The position numbers and the translations under genes were made by a program. Below the pieces are notes generated by a model. The model was not told the origin of the DNA. It was given only the letters and a program-made list of their open reading frames with translations, and did no database searches. Positions 52,225 to 64,000 of a stretch of DNA of 64,000 nucleotides are shown in pieces (the first letter of the stretch is position 1; each line of letters opens with the position of its first letter). Source of the DNA: Eledone cirrhosa (taxonomy: Eukaryota); NCBI GenBank assembly GCA_964016885.1, contig OZ024746.1, positions 61,876,001 through 61,940,000 of the forward strand, read 5' to 3'.

Positions 52225-52565
52225 GCAACAACAGCAACAACTACAACAACAGTTATTACAAAGATTACTTCAAATTCATTACGGAAATAGGAAAATAAAG
52301 ACGAAAAAGCAAAGAAAAGAAGCAATCTGTAAAGTGAAAGGAATATATATATGTAAGGAGTGTTAGGTTTCTTTGGCGGAAATAGTCCTTTATACTATTG
52401 GATTAATATACTCTATATATATTTATTGCTTGTTATTTGTTAGTAGAGGTGACGGAGTTACTAGTTGTTGGCGGCGGTGGTGGAGCTGATTGTGGTGGCG
52501 GTAGTGGTAGTAGAGGTGGTGATGGTGGATGCGTGGCTTTCACTTCTTTAACTTCCAGTTTCGGG

Positions 52566-53385
52566 ATGCACCACCGACCGTCTTACAGTAGTGCTTTTAC
52601 AATTGACTCTCTCATGGCTCCGCAACCTCGGCTCTCCGCCCCATTGTTGTATGGTGGCTATATGTTTTTACCACCGGTCACAGACCCAGCTACAGCTCAT
52701 GCTTTCACGTCGTCATCGGCGGCCAGTTTACCCGGGATGACACCGTCGATGTCGCTCGATCCACGAACCTCCAGCGCCGCTGCTGCCGCGGCAGCTGTTA
52801 TTGGACATACAGGGTTCATGAGCCGATCTTCCCCCTCACCGATCTCTCTTCTGGGGCCATCTAATCCCTCATTGGCGTCGACCCCAAGCGGACAAGCCAT
52901 GACACCACATACTCCGTCTATGTTAACGATGAGTCATACAGGGACAGGGAACTTAACAAACGGTCTACACCCGACTCTATCATCTGGTCCTATCTCAATA
53001 AGACCATCGTCATCATCATCATCACCATCAGCTATAGTACGTCCCCAGCACACCAGTAATTTCACGTTGACTCCTAATTCTGTGTCAGATACATCACCTA
53101 CTCTTCATTTATCCACATCGAACCTAAAATCATCACCATTGTCATCATCAACATCGTTGTCATCATTATCGGACACATTAACCAATTTCTCTGCGCCCAC
53201 AACACTGACTACAGCCAATTCAAGTTCATTTGGCCATCTGGTCACCCTACATGCGCACCAGCGCCAAAACCAACCCCTTTCTTCTCACCAGTGTCGTCAC
53301 AACAGCCTTCAATCACACCAAACGGAACGCGAGGAGACTTCCTCGAGCCCTCTGTTGGACTATAGGCAACATTCCCCCACTAAAG
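52566..53385 (+). CDS. Gbx: Probable Gbx-class homeobox gene, first coding exon (eh1 motif plus Ser/Pro/Thr-rich region). Homeobox exon lies outside the window
   Basis: The only non-repetitive long ORF. ATG at 52566 gives MHHRPSYSSAFTIDSLMAPQPRLSAPLLYGGYMFLPP, resembling the Gbx N-terminus (vertebrate Gbx2 ...SSTAFSIDSLI...FVYTGYPMFMPY, from memory). Donor-like AAG|GTAACG after 53385 (phase 1). No homeodomain seen in the window. Confidence 0.75.
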
Positions 53386-53760
53386 GTAACGTACAGTTAT
53401 GTTTTAATACATTTCATTGATGTGCAGAAACGTAAAATACATGTGGATCACATTTTCTATTTGACTTCAGGTATTAACATAGTGTATATCTATCTACGAG
53501 CGTACATTCGTGCATATGTATGTGTTTGCATGTATCTGTGTGTGTACATGTGTGGACTAGCGTATTCTATCATACCCTTGCGCCGGCCCATCGTTGGACT
53601 GTAACTATAATTCAAAGGTCCAGCTTTGTCACATCCCGTGTCACGTTGATTTTTTTCCCTAAGAGTCACGTGAAGAGTATCCACGTTTCTGGTATACCCG
53701 GTTAGTAGCTTTGTTGATTGAATAACTGGAAGAATTATCGTCGAAACCAACGAAAGATCC

Positions 53761-53815
<55 letters not shown>

Positions 53816-53972
53816 ATATATATTGTATGTGTCTCTTATTTTAACCATCCTGGACTTTTATCTCACATTCAACACTTATTTTATATTACGCCTATATTAT
53901 TCACTTATTGGCTTCTTCATTTCCTTTACTGAGTATTTTTCAATCTCATTTCGTATTTTCATTTTATAACCT

Positions 53973-54040
53973 CTCTGTCTGATGAACGAACTAGACATAT
54001 GTTAATATTATCTAGGGTCCTGAAACCTTTGGTAATGGAG
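53973..54040 (+). ncRNA. Type I hammerhead ribozyme (intronic, sense to the Gbx-like gene)
   Basis: CTCTGT-CTGATGA-acgaaCTAGA...TCTAGggtcct-GAAA-CC ttt GG-TA-ATGGAG. Confidence 0.65.
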
Positions 54041-55012
54041 TAGTTATATATTGTGTTGTTCACTTTCTAATTAAATAGCTCTGTTCTATACATAGAGCAC
54101 TCGGTTTTCCTTTGCTTTTTCTTCGGAAATACTTAACATATATATTTACTTATATTTAAACTAATATAGGGAGCAGTGTAGCGTAAAAGATTATCTCGTA
54201 ATGGACCTGTTCTGCCTATCAATTTCATCACCAAGTTGTTGTTGCATCAATTCACATACTTCACAAATTTTTCTAGGAAATTATATAATTATTTTAACGT
54301 CTCATTACTTAAAGATTATAATTTGTAGAACTATTGGCATCATATATAAAGATGACTGTTGATATATTTAGAGATAAAACAATATCAATATTTATTGGCA
54401 TCACAGACAAAACAAAACTGTAGAAGTATTGGCATCATATTTAGAAATAACTGTTGATATAGTTAGAGATAAAACAATACTTAACATTTATTTCTTTTAA
54501 ACTAGATATAAATACTAAAAATGTTTTTCATCTCATTAAATAGCCCGAATAATTATTTAACAATTCACTACATATATCTCAGCATTTAATTCCTATTCGT
54601 CCCCGCCACCAAATAAACCATCCATGGATGGTTCCTCCAGATGTCAATCATCCATGGATGATTAGGTCCTGATATCAGCCATTCATGGATGATTTAGCCG
54701 AGACCTATAAAGTAATTGAATCGATATATCTATAAATGGTTCTGGTGCTTGGTTGAAATATGTTGTCATATTTGGGATCATTGTTGTTTAGCCCCATTTC
54801 AATAGCGACTAAACAGGTCTACAATAAAAGCGTTCCAGATATGACCAACCAATCTAGTTTTTGCGAAAATGTATCAAGTACAACATTCTTCAATTTGTCA
54901 TTTCCTTTTTCAGACAAACGAGTATAGTTTACAGGGAATTTGGCTACTATTTCTAGTAGGCCTAGAGATCACATACAGTGTTCAATGTTGGGTGTGTTTT
55001 ATGTGTATGTAT

Positions 55013-55073
<61 letters not shown>

Positions 55074-55588
55074 CGAGAGAGAGAATGTGCTGAGAGCCGT
55101 TGATGATAGATTTAATAAGATATTAAATAACCAGCTTAACAGTTGACAATTTTTTAAATCTTGTCACCTATGTTGAAATATATCCAAGAATCTCTCTTCG
55201 AGACAGTTCCGTTTAATGTAAGAACATAGCTCATAGCACTCACCAGCTCAAACAGACTAGCTGTCAGTAGGTACCACCAATCTGTCAGCAGAGGGGGGCA
55301 CCAGTCAGAAAAGAGGTTGAATTCCGTTAGTTGTTGTTGTTGTTATCAAATTGATAAAGTCTAGGGTAGAAAGTACTCTGTCTTTGAGTACAGGTAAAAT
55401 TACATTGGCTAAAGTGGCTTTTGAGAGCGACTGGAACCTGCTAGTCCCTCAAACAGATTGACATAAATAATAGGATAAATGTAGATCTACATGTATGTGT
55501 ACCTATATAAATACATATAGATCTACCTGTATATGTCTGTGTACCTGTGTACCGGGGTATACCGATTGTGTTGTTATTTCTGTTTACC

Positions 55589-55691
<103 letters not shown>

Positions 55692-55799
55692 GGAGGTGAG
55701 TTTTATTGTAGTACAATAAAGCAATGCAGATATCGGATAAGTAGCACTCTACAGTTTGTAGGACTGGAGTATAAATAATAATATATAAGATCAAAAGAT

Positions 55800-56335
55800 A
55801 TATATATATATATCTGTAGACTTGTATAGAACTGTGTATTTAGGTAAATATATAAAGACTTACCTGTATTCATCTGTGTACCTATATAAATATATGTAGA
55901 TCTACCTGTATCTCCTAGTGTACCCAGGTATATATATGTAGATCTACCTGTGTGTATCTGTACACACACACACGCACACACACACACACACACACAGACA
56001 TATATATATATATATAGGTCTACCTGTATCTCGCAGTGTACCCAGGTATATATATGTAGTTCTACCTGTGTATATCTAAATACATAGGTATATATATGTA
56101 AATACACCTGTATATTTGTGTACCTAGGTAAATATATGTACATCACCTGTATATATCTGTCTGTGTACCTATGTAAATATATGTGTAGATCTATTTGAAT
56201 ATCTGTGTACCAATATAAATATGAGTAAATTTACATGTATATATCTGTGTACCTGTGTAAATATATGTAGATCTACCTGAAGGCCTATGTACCTATATAA
56301 ATATATATGGATCTACCTGAAAGTCTGTGTACCTT

Positions 56336-56379
<44 letters not shown>

Positions 56380-57215
56380 TTACGTGTATATATCTGTACA
56401 CCTATATAAATATAAGTAATATACATCTATATATATGTATACTTAGGTAAATATATGTACATCTACCTGTGTATATCTTTGTACTTATGTATGCAGACAT
56501 ACCTGTATCTGTCTGTATACTTAGGTAAATATATGTACATCTACCTGTGTATATCTTTGTACTTATGTATGCAGACATACCTGTATCTGTCTGTATACTT
56601 AGGTAAATATATGTACATCTACCTGTGTATATCTTTGTACTTATGTATGCAGACATACCTGTATCTGTCTGTATACTTAGGTAAATATATATATATACAG
56701 ACCTACCTGTATATATCTGTACACCTATATAATTATATATAGACTTTCCTGTATATGTCTGTGTACCTAGGTAAATATATATATATCTACTTGTATATAT
56801 CTGTGAGACATACCTGTATATGACAGTATACCTAGGTAAATATATATAGACATACCTGTATATATATCTGTACACCTATATACATATATATACATCTACC
56901 TGTATATGTCTGTGTACGTATATAAATATATATATATACATCTACCTGTATATGTCTACCTGCATATGTCTGTATACCTAGGTAATTACATACAGACTTA
57001 CCTGTATATATATCTACACCTACATAAATATATGTAGATCTTCCTGTATACCTATGTACCTAGATAAATATATATATACATCTACCTGTATATGTCTACC
57101 TGCATATGTCTGTATACCTAGGTAATTACATACAGACTTACCTGTATATATCTAGTCCTACATAAATATATGTAGATCTTCCTGTATACCTACCTGTGTA
57201 CCTAGATAAATATAT
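55800..57215. repeat. Degenerate ~39-40-bp minisatellite with a homogenised 78-bp trimer at 56439-56690
   Basis: Recurrent TAGATCTACCTGTAT...TGTACCTAGGTAAATAT; 26-aa periodic ORF. Confidence 0.8.
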
Positions 57216-57311
57216 ATTAAAGAAACACTCTTATGCAATTCCATCGTGGATTCCAATCACGTCACTTTCTAAAGAAGTGTAATACAACTCCGAATATTTT
57301 TGTTATGTATA

Positions 57312-57356
<45 letters not shown>

Positions 57357-57736
57357 ATACTTGGGGAGGGTCATATTTGCGTAATATTGCCAGAATTAAT
57401 AACAGAACACACTCACTGTTTGGTTGGTTTTCGCTTCTCGCTGTCTTTTATATCTGCGATCTAACTTACTCGGTCCTCAATGTTGCCATTGACTGACCGG
57501 CGGTCAAAAATAATACAGATACAATATAGACACAAACACATATATATAGTTTACATAATTTACATAAATCTTTCGTTGCACATCTGCAACATCGTCAGTG
57601 GTGTTATATTCATTGTTCCTCCTGTTTCGACACACGATTTCATATAAAAAACCTCGCTAAACTAATTCATCGCCGCTATATATATATATATATATATGAC
57701 TAGAACTGTTTCATTCGTGAGAAATCATCAGGAAGC

Positions 57737-57785
57737 GCTTCCTGATGATTTCTCACGAATGAAACAGTTCTAGTCCTGTAGAAGC
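57737..57785 (+). ncRNA. Type I hammerhead ribozyme at the axis of a 39-bp spacerless palindrome (57698-57775)
   Basis: GCTTC-CTGATGA-tTTC tcac GAAt-GAAA-CAG ttctagtc CTG-TA-GAAGC. Confidence 0.75.
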
Positions 57786-57943
57786 TCTTCTAATTATAAC
57801 TTTTATACTCTGCTATCTATTGAGTACCTTACTTACTGTGGTTACATCCGATTCAACCGGAATAATTTATATATATATATATGTATACATATGTATATAT
57901 ATATATTATATATATATATATATATATACTTATATATATATAA

Positions 57944-57993
<50 letters not shown>

Positions 57994-58110
57994 TCAGGTT
58001 ATCAATAATGTAGTGATAATATATCGTTACGTTAGAGATGAACAGCGTACGTGCAGGTTTGCTCAACGAGTATAAATTATATTCAGGAGAAATGTAGAAA
58101 GGATGAATAT

Positions 58111-58226
<116 letters not shown>

Positions 58227-58379
58227 TATATATATATATATTTAAAAGTTAAACAAGTTTCAATGAATAAATCAAAGAATGAGTTTTACAATAGATTGGA
58301 AGCACTCAACAATTGGTTTTCCGAGTTATTAATATTAATTCAAAATATTAACAAAATAGATATTCTTGTGATCAAATAT

Positions 58380-58444
58380 ATTTTATTATACATATTTCAG
58401 AGGTACTGAGTTAAGTTCAAGAGTACGTCCTCATCAGATAAAAT
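58380..58444 (-). ncRNA. Type I hammerhead ribozyme
   Basis: Minus strand: ATTTTAT-CTGATGA-GGAcGTACT...AGTACcTCT-GAAA-TATGTA-TA-ATAAAAT; 7-bp stem I. Confidence 0.75.
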
Positions 58445-58479
58445 AAGATGATGCATGATATATACATGTATATATATAC

Positions 58480-58521
<42 letters not shown>

Positions 58522-58652
58522 GTATACATATACACACACATATATATATGTATACACATATGTACACACACACAAACACATATATATATATATATATATA
58601 TACACGTTTATATACGTATACACACACACATACACATATAGACATATATATC

Positions 58653-58716
<64 letters not shown>

Positions 58717-59126
58717 ATACTCATAAATATATCACTTAATTACGGTAAGGTTTATATCCTATTAGAACTCAATATACGGGAGATGACCTTCCCATCGAAG
58801 CAAAGCGAAATTTATGTGGAAAAGTGCTATCGTATTACATGTTAAGTAAAACACACTACCGTGTCAGATATGTAATGTTGAACAATGAAAGAATTAGCAA
58901 AAGGTTTACTAGTTAAATAAAACTCCCAAACTACTGGTTCTGAGAGTGATCGGTAGAGATGGTGTATTTTGTCGAAGGTCATATTATGGAGCTGCTTAAT
59001 TGCTATCGATTACCAATATATCGATAAAATATTTTTTTTGCCCTCTAGATTAACTCTAAAATAATGTTGGATTAATTAAGTAGGAAACCCTGACTTATTC
59101 GTGTTGTTGTTCAATATGTATATATA

Positions 59127-59253
<127 letters not shown>

Positions 59254-59464
59254 TTATTTATTAATTTATATATTAGAAAATTACGTTTTTTTTTCCAAAA
59301 TAAAAAAAAAACGAGATGTCCTACACGATAGGAAAAAAGATGAAATTAAGATGGAAGGTTTAACCACAAACCCTCCATCTCAACTCTACTTTTGAAAAGC
59401 ATAAGAACTGCGAAACCGGTAAAGGAACCAAATAAATATTCTTTTCATCTTTTTTCCTTATATT

Positions 59465-59552
<88 letters not shown>

Positions 59553-59834
59553 TATACACACATATATACATACATATATATACACACATATATATATATT
59601 TATATATATATATATAGATAGATAGATATACATGTATATATATATATACTATATTTTTATATATACATGCATATATATATATACATAATATATTTATATG
59701 TATATAAATATATTTATATATGCTATATTTATATATATACATGCATTACTTTTTTCCTATTACCCACTCTACTACCCTAAGTATTGAGTACTCTGGTGCG
59801 TTATAGCCCACCTGGTATCTTACCATACTTTCTT

Positions 59835-59888
<54 letters not shown>

Positions 59889-59889
59889 A

Positions 59890-60070
59890 TCATAAAACAT
59901 GTCTATAGAATCACAAGATAAAATATATACTATTTCCTCTGCTAATTGGGAGAGGAAATAGTATATATTTTATCTTGTGATTCTATAGACATGTTTTATG
60001 ATATATAGCTCTGATTGTTTAATTTATTAACTTTTCATTGAGCCAAAAAGTGACCAGTTGCAAAACACGT
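59890..60070 (+). mobile_element. (TA)n-flanked fold-back element (51-bp arms) with hammerhead 3' half and tail hairpin
   Basis: Arms 59890-59940 / 59951-60001; GAAA-TAGTA-TA; GCTC(60008)...GAGC(60040). Confidence 0.6.
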
Positions 60071-60101
60071 ATATGTATGTGTATGTATATATATATGTAA
60101 A

Positions 60102-60152
<51 letters not shown>

Positions 60153-60294
60153 TTGGAATAATCGTTGCAGTGTATATCCTGTAATGATAATTTGGTTCCC
60201 TGTTCGACCATTTTTACATATTTTGTCACTGCGTGTTCTTACGTAAGAGGTCGATATAATATAATATATATTTTTTTATTTCTTACTTTTTATG

Positions 60295-60344
<50 letters not shown>

Positions 60345-60349
<5 letters not shown>

Positions 60350-60585
60350 TATTAAAATAACAGATTAAAGTTTAAGCATAGAATCGTTGCTTTCACCCTT
60401 AACGGGATCTTCTGAAACTCAGAGTTTCAGAAGATCCCGTTAAGGGTGAAAGCAGCGATTCTTTGCTTAAACTTTAATCTGTTATTTTAATAAATATTTG
60501 CTCTACGGTTCTTATATATTTGATATATATCTATCCTTATCGAGCCCTCTTTGGATTTTAGTCTTCAAATTTATTATTATTACTA
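60345..60585 (+). mobile_element. Hammerhead element family H2 with 76-bp fold-back palindrome centred at 60421
   Basis: AGTTT-CAGAAGA-tCCC gttaa GGGt-GAAA-GCA...TGC-TT-AAACT at 60423-60473. Confidence 0.75.
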
Positions 60586-60764
60586 TATATATATACATAA
60601 ATATATATATATACATATATATATGCCGGTTCGGGAAACATTTACAGCTGACGATGGAAACTCCTTTCTTCCTTTCTCCTCCTGTTCCGTCATAACCACC
60701 ATCTTAAACCTTGTTTTTAGTAACCACACAGCTCCTTTCGTTTCATAACTTTATATATATATAT

Positions 60765-61245
60765 ATGTGTCTCCCTATTTATATAGATATATCGCACCCG
60801 GGACCTAATATTGATCATTAGTCTAAGCTGCATCCACAAATTTATATGCAATATGCACACACACACAATATATATATATATATATATTGTGTGTGTGCAT
60901 ATTGCATATACATTTGTGGATGCAGCTTAGACTAATGATCAATATTAGGTCCCGGGTGCGATATATCTATATAAAGAGGGACACACAAAGCAGACTTTGT
61001 TTACAAACGGCTAGCGAATTTGAAAATTAGGTAGTAACATGTGCTTACGCCGTATTTGACTACATATAATTAGTCTGTTATTTGGGATTAAAAAAAACCC
61101 CTCTGAATGGAAAAAAAAGATGGGTATTGACGTACATGAGACATGTCAATACTCATCCTTTTTTTGCATTTAGAGGGTTTTTCAAAATCCCAACTAACAG
61201 ATTCTATGTAGTCAAATACGACGGAAGCACACGTTACTACCAAAT
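60765..61245. mobile_element. Family T element forming two adjacent palindromes (one centred on (TA)n at about 60878, one at about 61138)
   Basis: Homologous to 6783-7113; the tRNA-like loop is reduced to a few nt. Confidence 0.7.
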
Positions 61246-61247
61246 TT

Positions 61248-61294
<47 letters not shown>

Positions 61295-61399
61295 TATATG
61301 TATATACATAATCCTTATCCAGCCCTCTTTAGTTAACTTTGCCTTTCATCCTTACGGGGTCGATAAAATAAAGTACCCGTAATACACTGGGATATTATA

Positions 61400-61438
<39 letters not shown>

Positions 61439-61518
61439 TATAATATATAAAGTTGAAAAAAAAGTGAATAAAGGAAATTAAAAAATTCAATGGAAAATCG
61501 AATTTTTTCATTTCATAT

Positions 61519-61614
<96 letters not shown>

Positions 61615-61919
61615 TAACTCTCTCTCTCTCCCTTTCTTTCTCTATGTATATATATATGTATATATAGTTAGTGTCAGCGGAATACACAGCCATGTAAGAT
61701 GCGTTAAGGCATTCCTTTTCTTTTCCTTATTCCCACAACTGCGAAATTAATAATAATTTTTGTAATTATTCTTCCTGTTTATCTTCTTTTTTTTAACCTT
61801 GAAATATATACATTTATATATATACATATGTGTATACATATATATTTACATATGTATGAATATATATTTACATATTATATATATATAATATATACATAAT
61901 TATATAATATATACATAAT

Positions 61920-61987
<68 letters not shown>

Positions 61988-62004
61988 TATGTGTGTGTAT
62001 ATAT

Positions 62005-63390
62005 ATCTTTGGAAAGGCACCTAAGCAATGGCAATCGTGAGGGATAATCCCAATTTTGTGAAGCCTCCCCGCTAGTCTATGCTAAGTGTCTGGCAGAGAG
62101 ATGCAGGGAGATTGTCGTGTACAAGCTAGGTGAGGAACAGTGCGGTTTTCGCTGCGGACGCAGCACAGTCGAACAAATATTCACACTGCGGCAGGTCTCC
62201 GAATATTGCCAAGAGGTATATTCTCGTTTTGTAGACCTCGAGAATGTATATGATCCTGTTCCTTGGGACCTGTTATGGAAGGTGGTGCAGGAGTATTGGA
62301 TCGATGGCCAACTTCTTGCTGCTCTGATATCTCTAAACAAATGCCCGAGCATTTGTGTTCGAATAAATGTGGGAGTCGGACTCCGCCAAGGGTGTATATT
62401 GTCACATCTCCTTTTCATTATTGGCAGTATCGGTAGAGAGTCGGACGCCATGCTTTCCAGCATAGTTACGTCCCTTTACGGTCTGAGTTCAAATCCCGCC
62501 GAGGTTGACTTTGCCTTTCATCCTTACGGGGTCGATAAAATAACGTACCAGTAATGCACTGGGTAATTGCTGGCCTTGTGCCTAAAAGTAGAAACAATTA
62601 TTTTCATTAACAGGATTGACATGAGCATCCGGGTGTAAAATCAGTCGGCTGGAATTTGCAGACGACATGGTTTTACTTATCTCGACAGAAAGTAATCTCC
62701 GACTTGCACTTGATAGGAATGCTACATGACTGGAATGAGAATGAGTGGTGGGAAAACTGAGACGCTCATCCTCTCAAAGAAGCCTACGCAGTGCATTCTA
62801 CATGTGAATGGACTTCCACTGAAGCAGATAGAGAAGTTCAAGTATCTTGGGGCCATGTTCACGATTGATGGAAGGTAGGAGGCTGAATTAACTGCATGAA
62901 TGAATTGTAGGAGCTGGTGCAGTAATGCATGAGCTTTAACATTTGGTAATCAGAAGACGAGATGTAGGTGTAACAGCCAAACTCGCTATCTTCAATTTGG
63001 TATTCGTGCCAACCCTTACCTATGATCATGAATCTTACGTAATGACCGAAAGAATACGATCGTGAATACAAGTGGCCAAAATGGAGTTCCTTCAAAGGTT
63101 CTTTGGAGTAATATTACTCGATAGACTGCGTAGCTCGGAGATCAGAGAGTCACTTCAGGTAGAGCTGCTACTTCTCCGAATTGAGAGATCACAGCTCCGA
63201 TACTATAGGCATGCGATAAGAGTGTTTCAGGAAAGAATCGCTGGACAGATTTTACAGGCAAAACCAACCGACAGGAGACCCAAGGGTAGACCCCGAGCAA
63301 GATGGTTGGATAACATCCATGAGCTTGGCTGGTCTCGCTTGGGAATCCAACTAGATCAGTTGGAGATGGTTGTATCTGACAGGACCTGCA
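62005..63390 (+). mobile_element. Decayed RTE-clade LINE (RT domain to C-terminus), interrupted by a SINE
   Basis: EEQCGFRCGRSTVEQIFTLRQ...FVDLENVYDPVP..., GLRQGCILSHLLF, FADD at about 62657, KFKYLG, RPKGRPRARWLDNI; contains stops and frameshifts. Confidence 0.9.
62421..62600 (+). mobile_element. SINE family A inserted into the RTE LINE, TSD TTTTCATTA
   Basis: TTTTCATTA at 62412-62420 and 62601-62609. Confidence 0.9.
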
Positions 63391-63466
63391 TATTCAAGGC
63401 TGGAATAACTTCCATCGAAATCTGACTGCTCATATGACAACAACAACAACACTAACAATACGAAAA

Positions 63467-63885
63467 ATAATTGTTTCTACTTTTGGCACAAGGCCAGCAA
63501 TGACCCCAGTGCATTTCTGGTACTTTATTTTATCGACTCCGTAAGGATGAAATGCAAAGTTAAACTCGGCGGGATTTGAACTCAGACCGTAAAGCGGCGT
63601 AACTCTATGTTGCAAAGCATGGCGACCGACCCTCTACCTATACTGCCAATCCACAATACGAAAAATAATTGTTTCTACTTTTGGCACAAGGCCAGCAATT
63701 ATCCCAGTGTATTACTGGTACTTTATTTTATCGACCCCGTAAAATAATGGTTTCTTATATAACACAAGGCCAGTAATTTGGAGGGAGGGGAAAGTCGATC
63801 AAATCGACCCCCAGAGCGTGACTGGTACCTTATTTCACCTACCCCGTAAGGATTAAGGTCAAATCTAATCTCAGCGGGATTTGGA
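63467..63885 (-). mobile_element. Cluster of SINE family A copies
   Basis: Consensus matches; ACAATACGAAAAATAAT is duplicated around the first copy. Confidence 0.85.
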
Positions 63886-64000
63886 CTGTATGCTGCAACA
63901 CAAGTTTTCCGACATTGAAAATAATATCAAACAAGTTTACATAGGTTGCTGTATATTTTGCTAACTCCTTCATACATCATATCGATCTTGTTAGCGGTGA

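Noticed and set aside
52437-52565. N-terminal extension of the Gbx-like ORF from a TTG start
   Set aside because: Non-ATG start and GGT-repeat sequence; the conserved motif begins just after the ATG at 52566.
60640-60670. Hammerhead 5' core CTGACGA
   Set aside because: No properly placed stem II, GAAA or stem III follows.

Overview
Repeat-rich, AT-rich animal genomic DNA. It is very likely cephalopod (Octopus-like), inferred from the tRNA-SINE families and the microsatellite density. The only credible host gene is the first coding exon of a probable Gbx homeobox gene (52566-53385, +), and its homeobox exon is not in the window. Nearly all long ORFs in the track are artefacts of microsatellites and of a ~15 kb, 32-bp satellite (26765-41815). 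The rest is SINEs, RTE- and CRE/RLE-type LINE remnants, decayed Penelope-like (GIY-YIG) fragments and minisatellites. The most interesting signal is a set of short non-coding elements from several unrelated families that sit in (TA)n tracts. They share one design: a minimal type I hammerhead ribozyme (or, in one family, a tRNA-like head), then a positionally conserved RCTC...GAGY hairpin about 30-80 nt before the (TA)n junction. Many are fused to an inverted copy of themselves whose fold-back point lies at or near the ribozyme or tRNA stem. All structures were read by eye and need computational and biochemical confirmation. Repeat boundaries are approximate.
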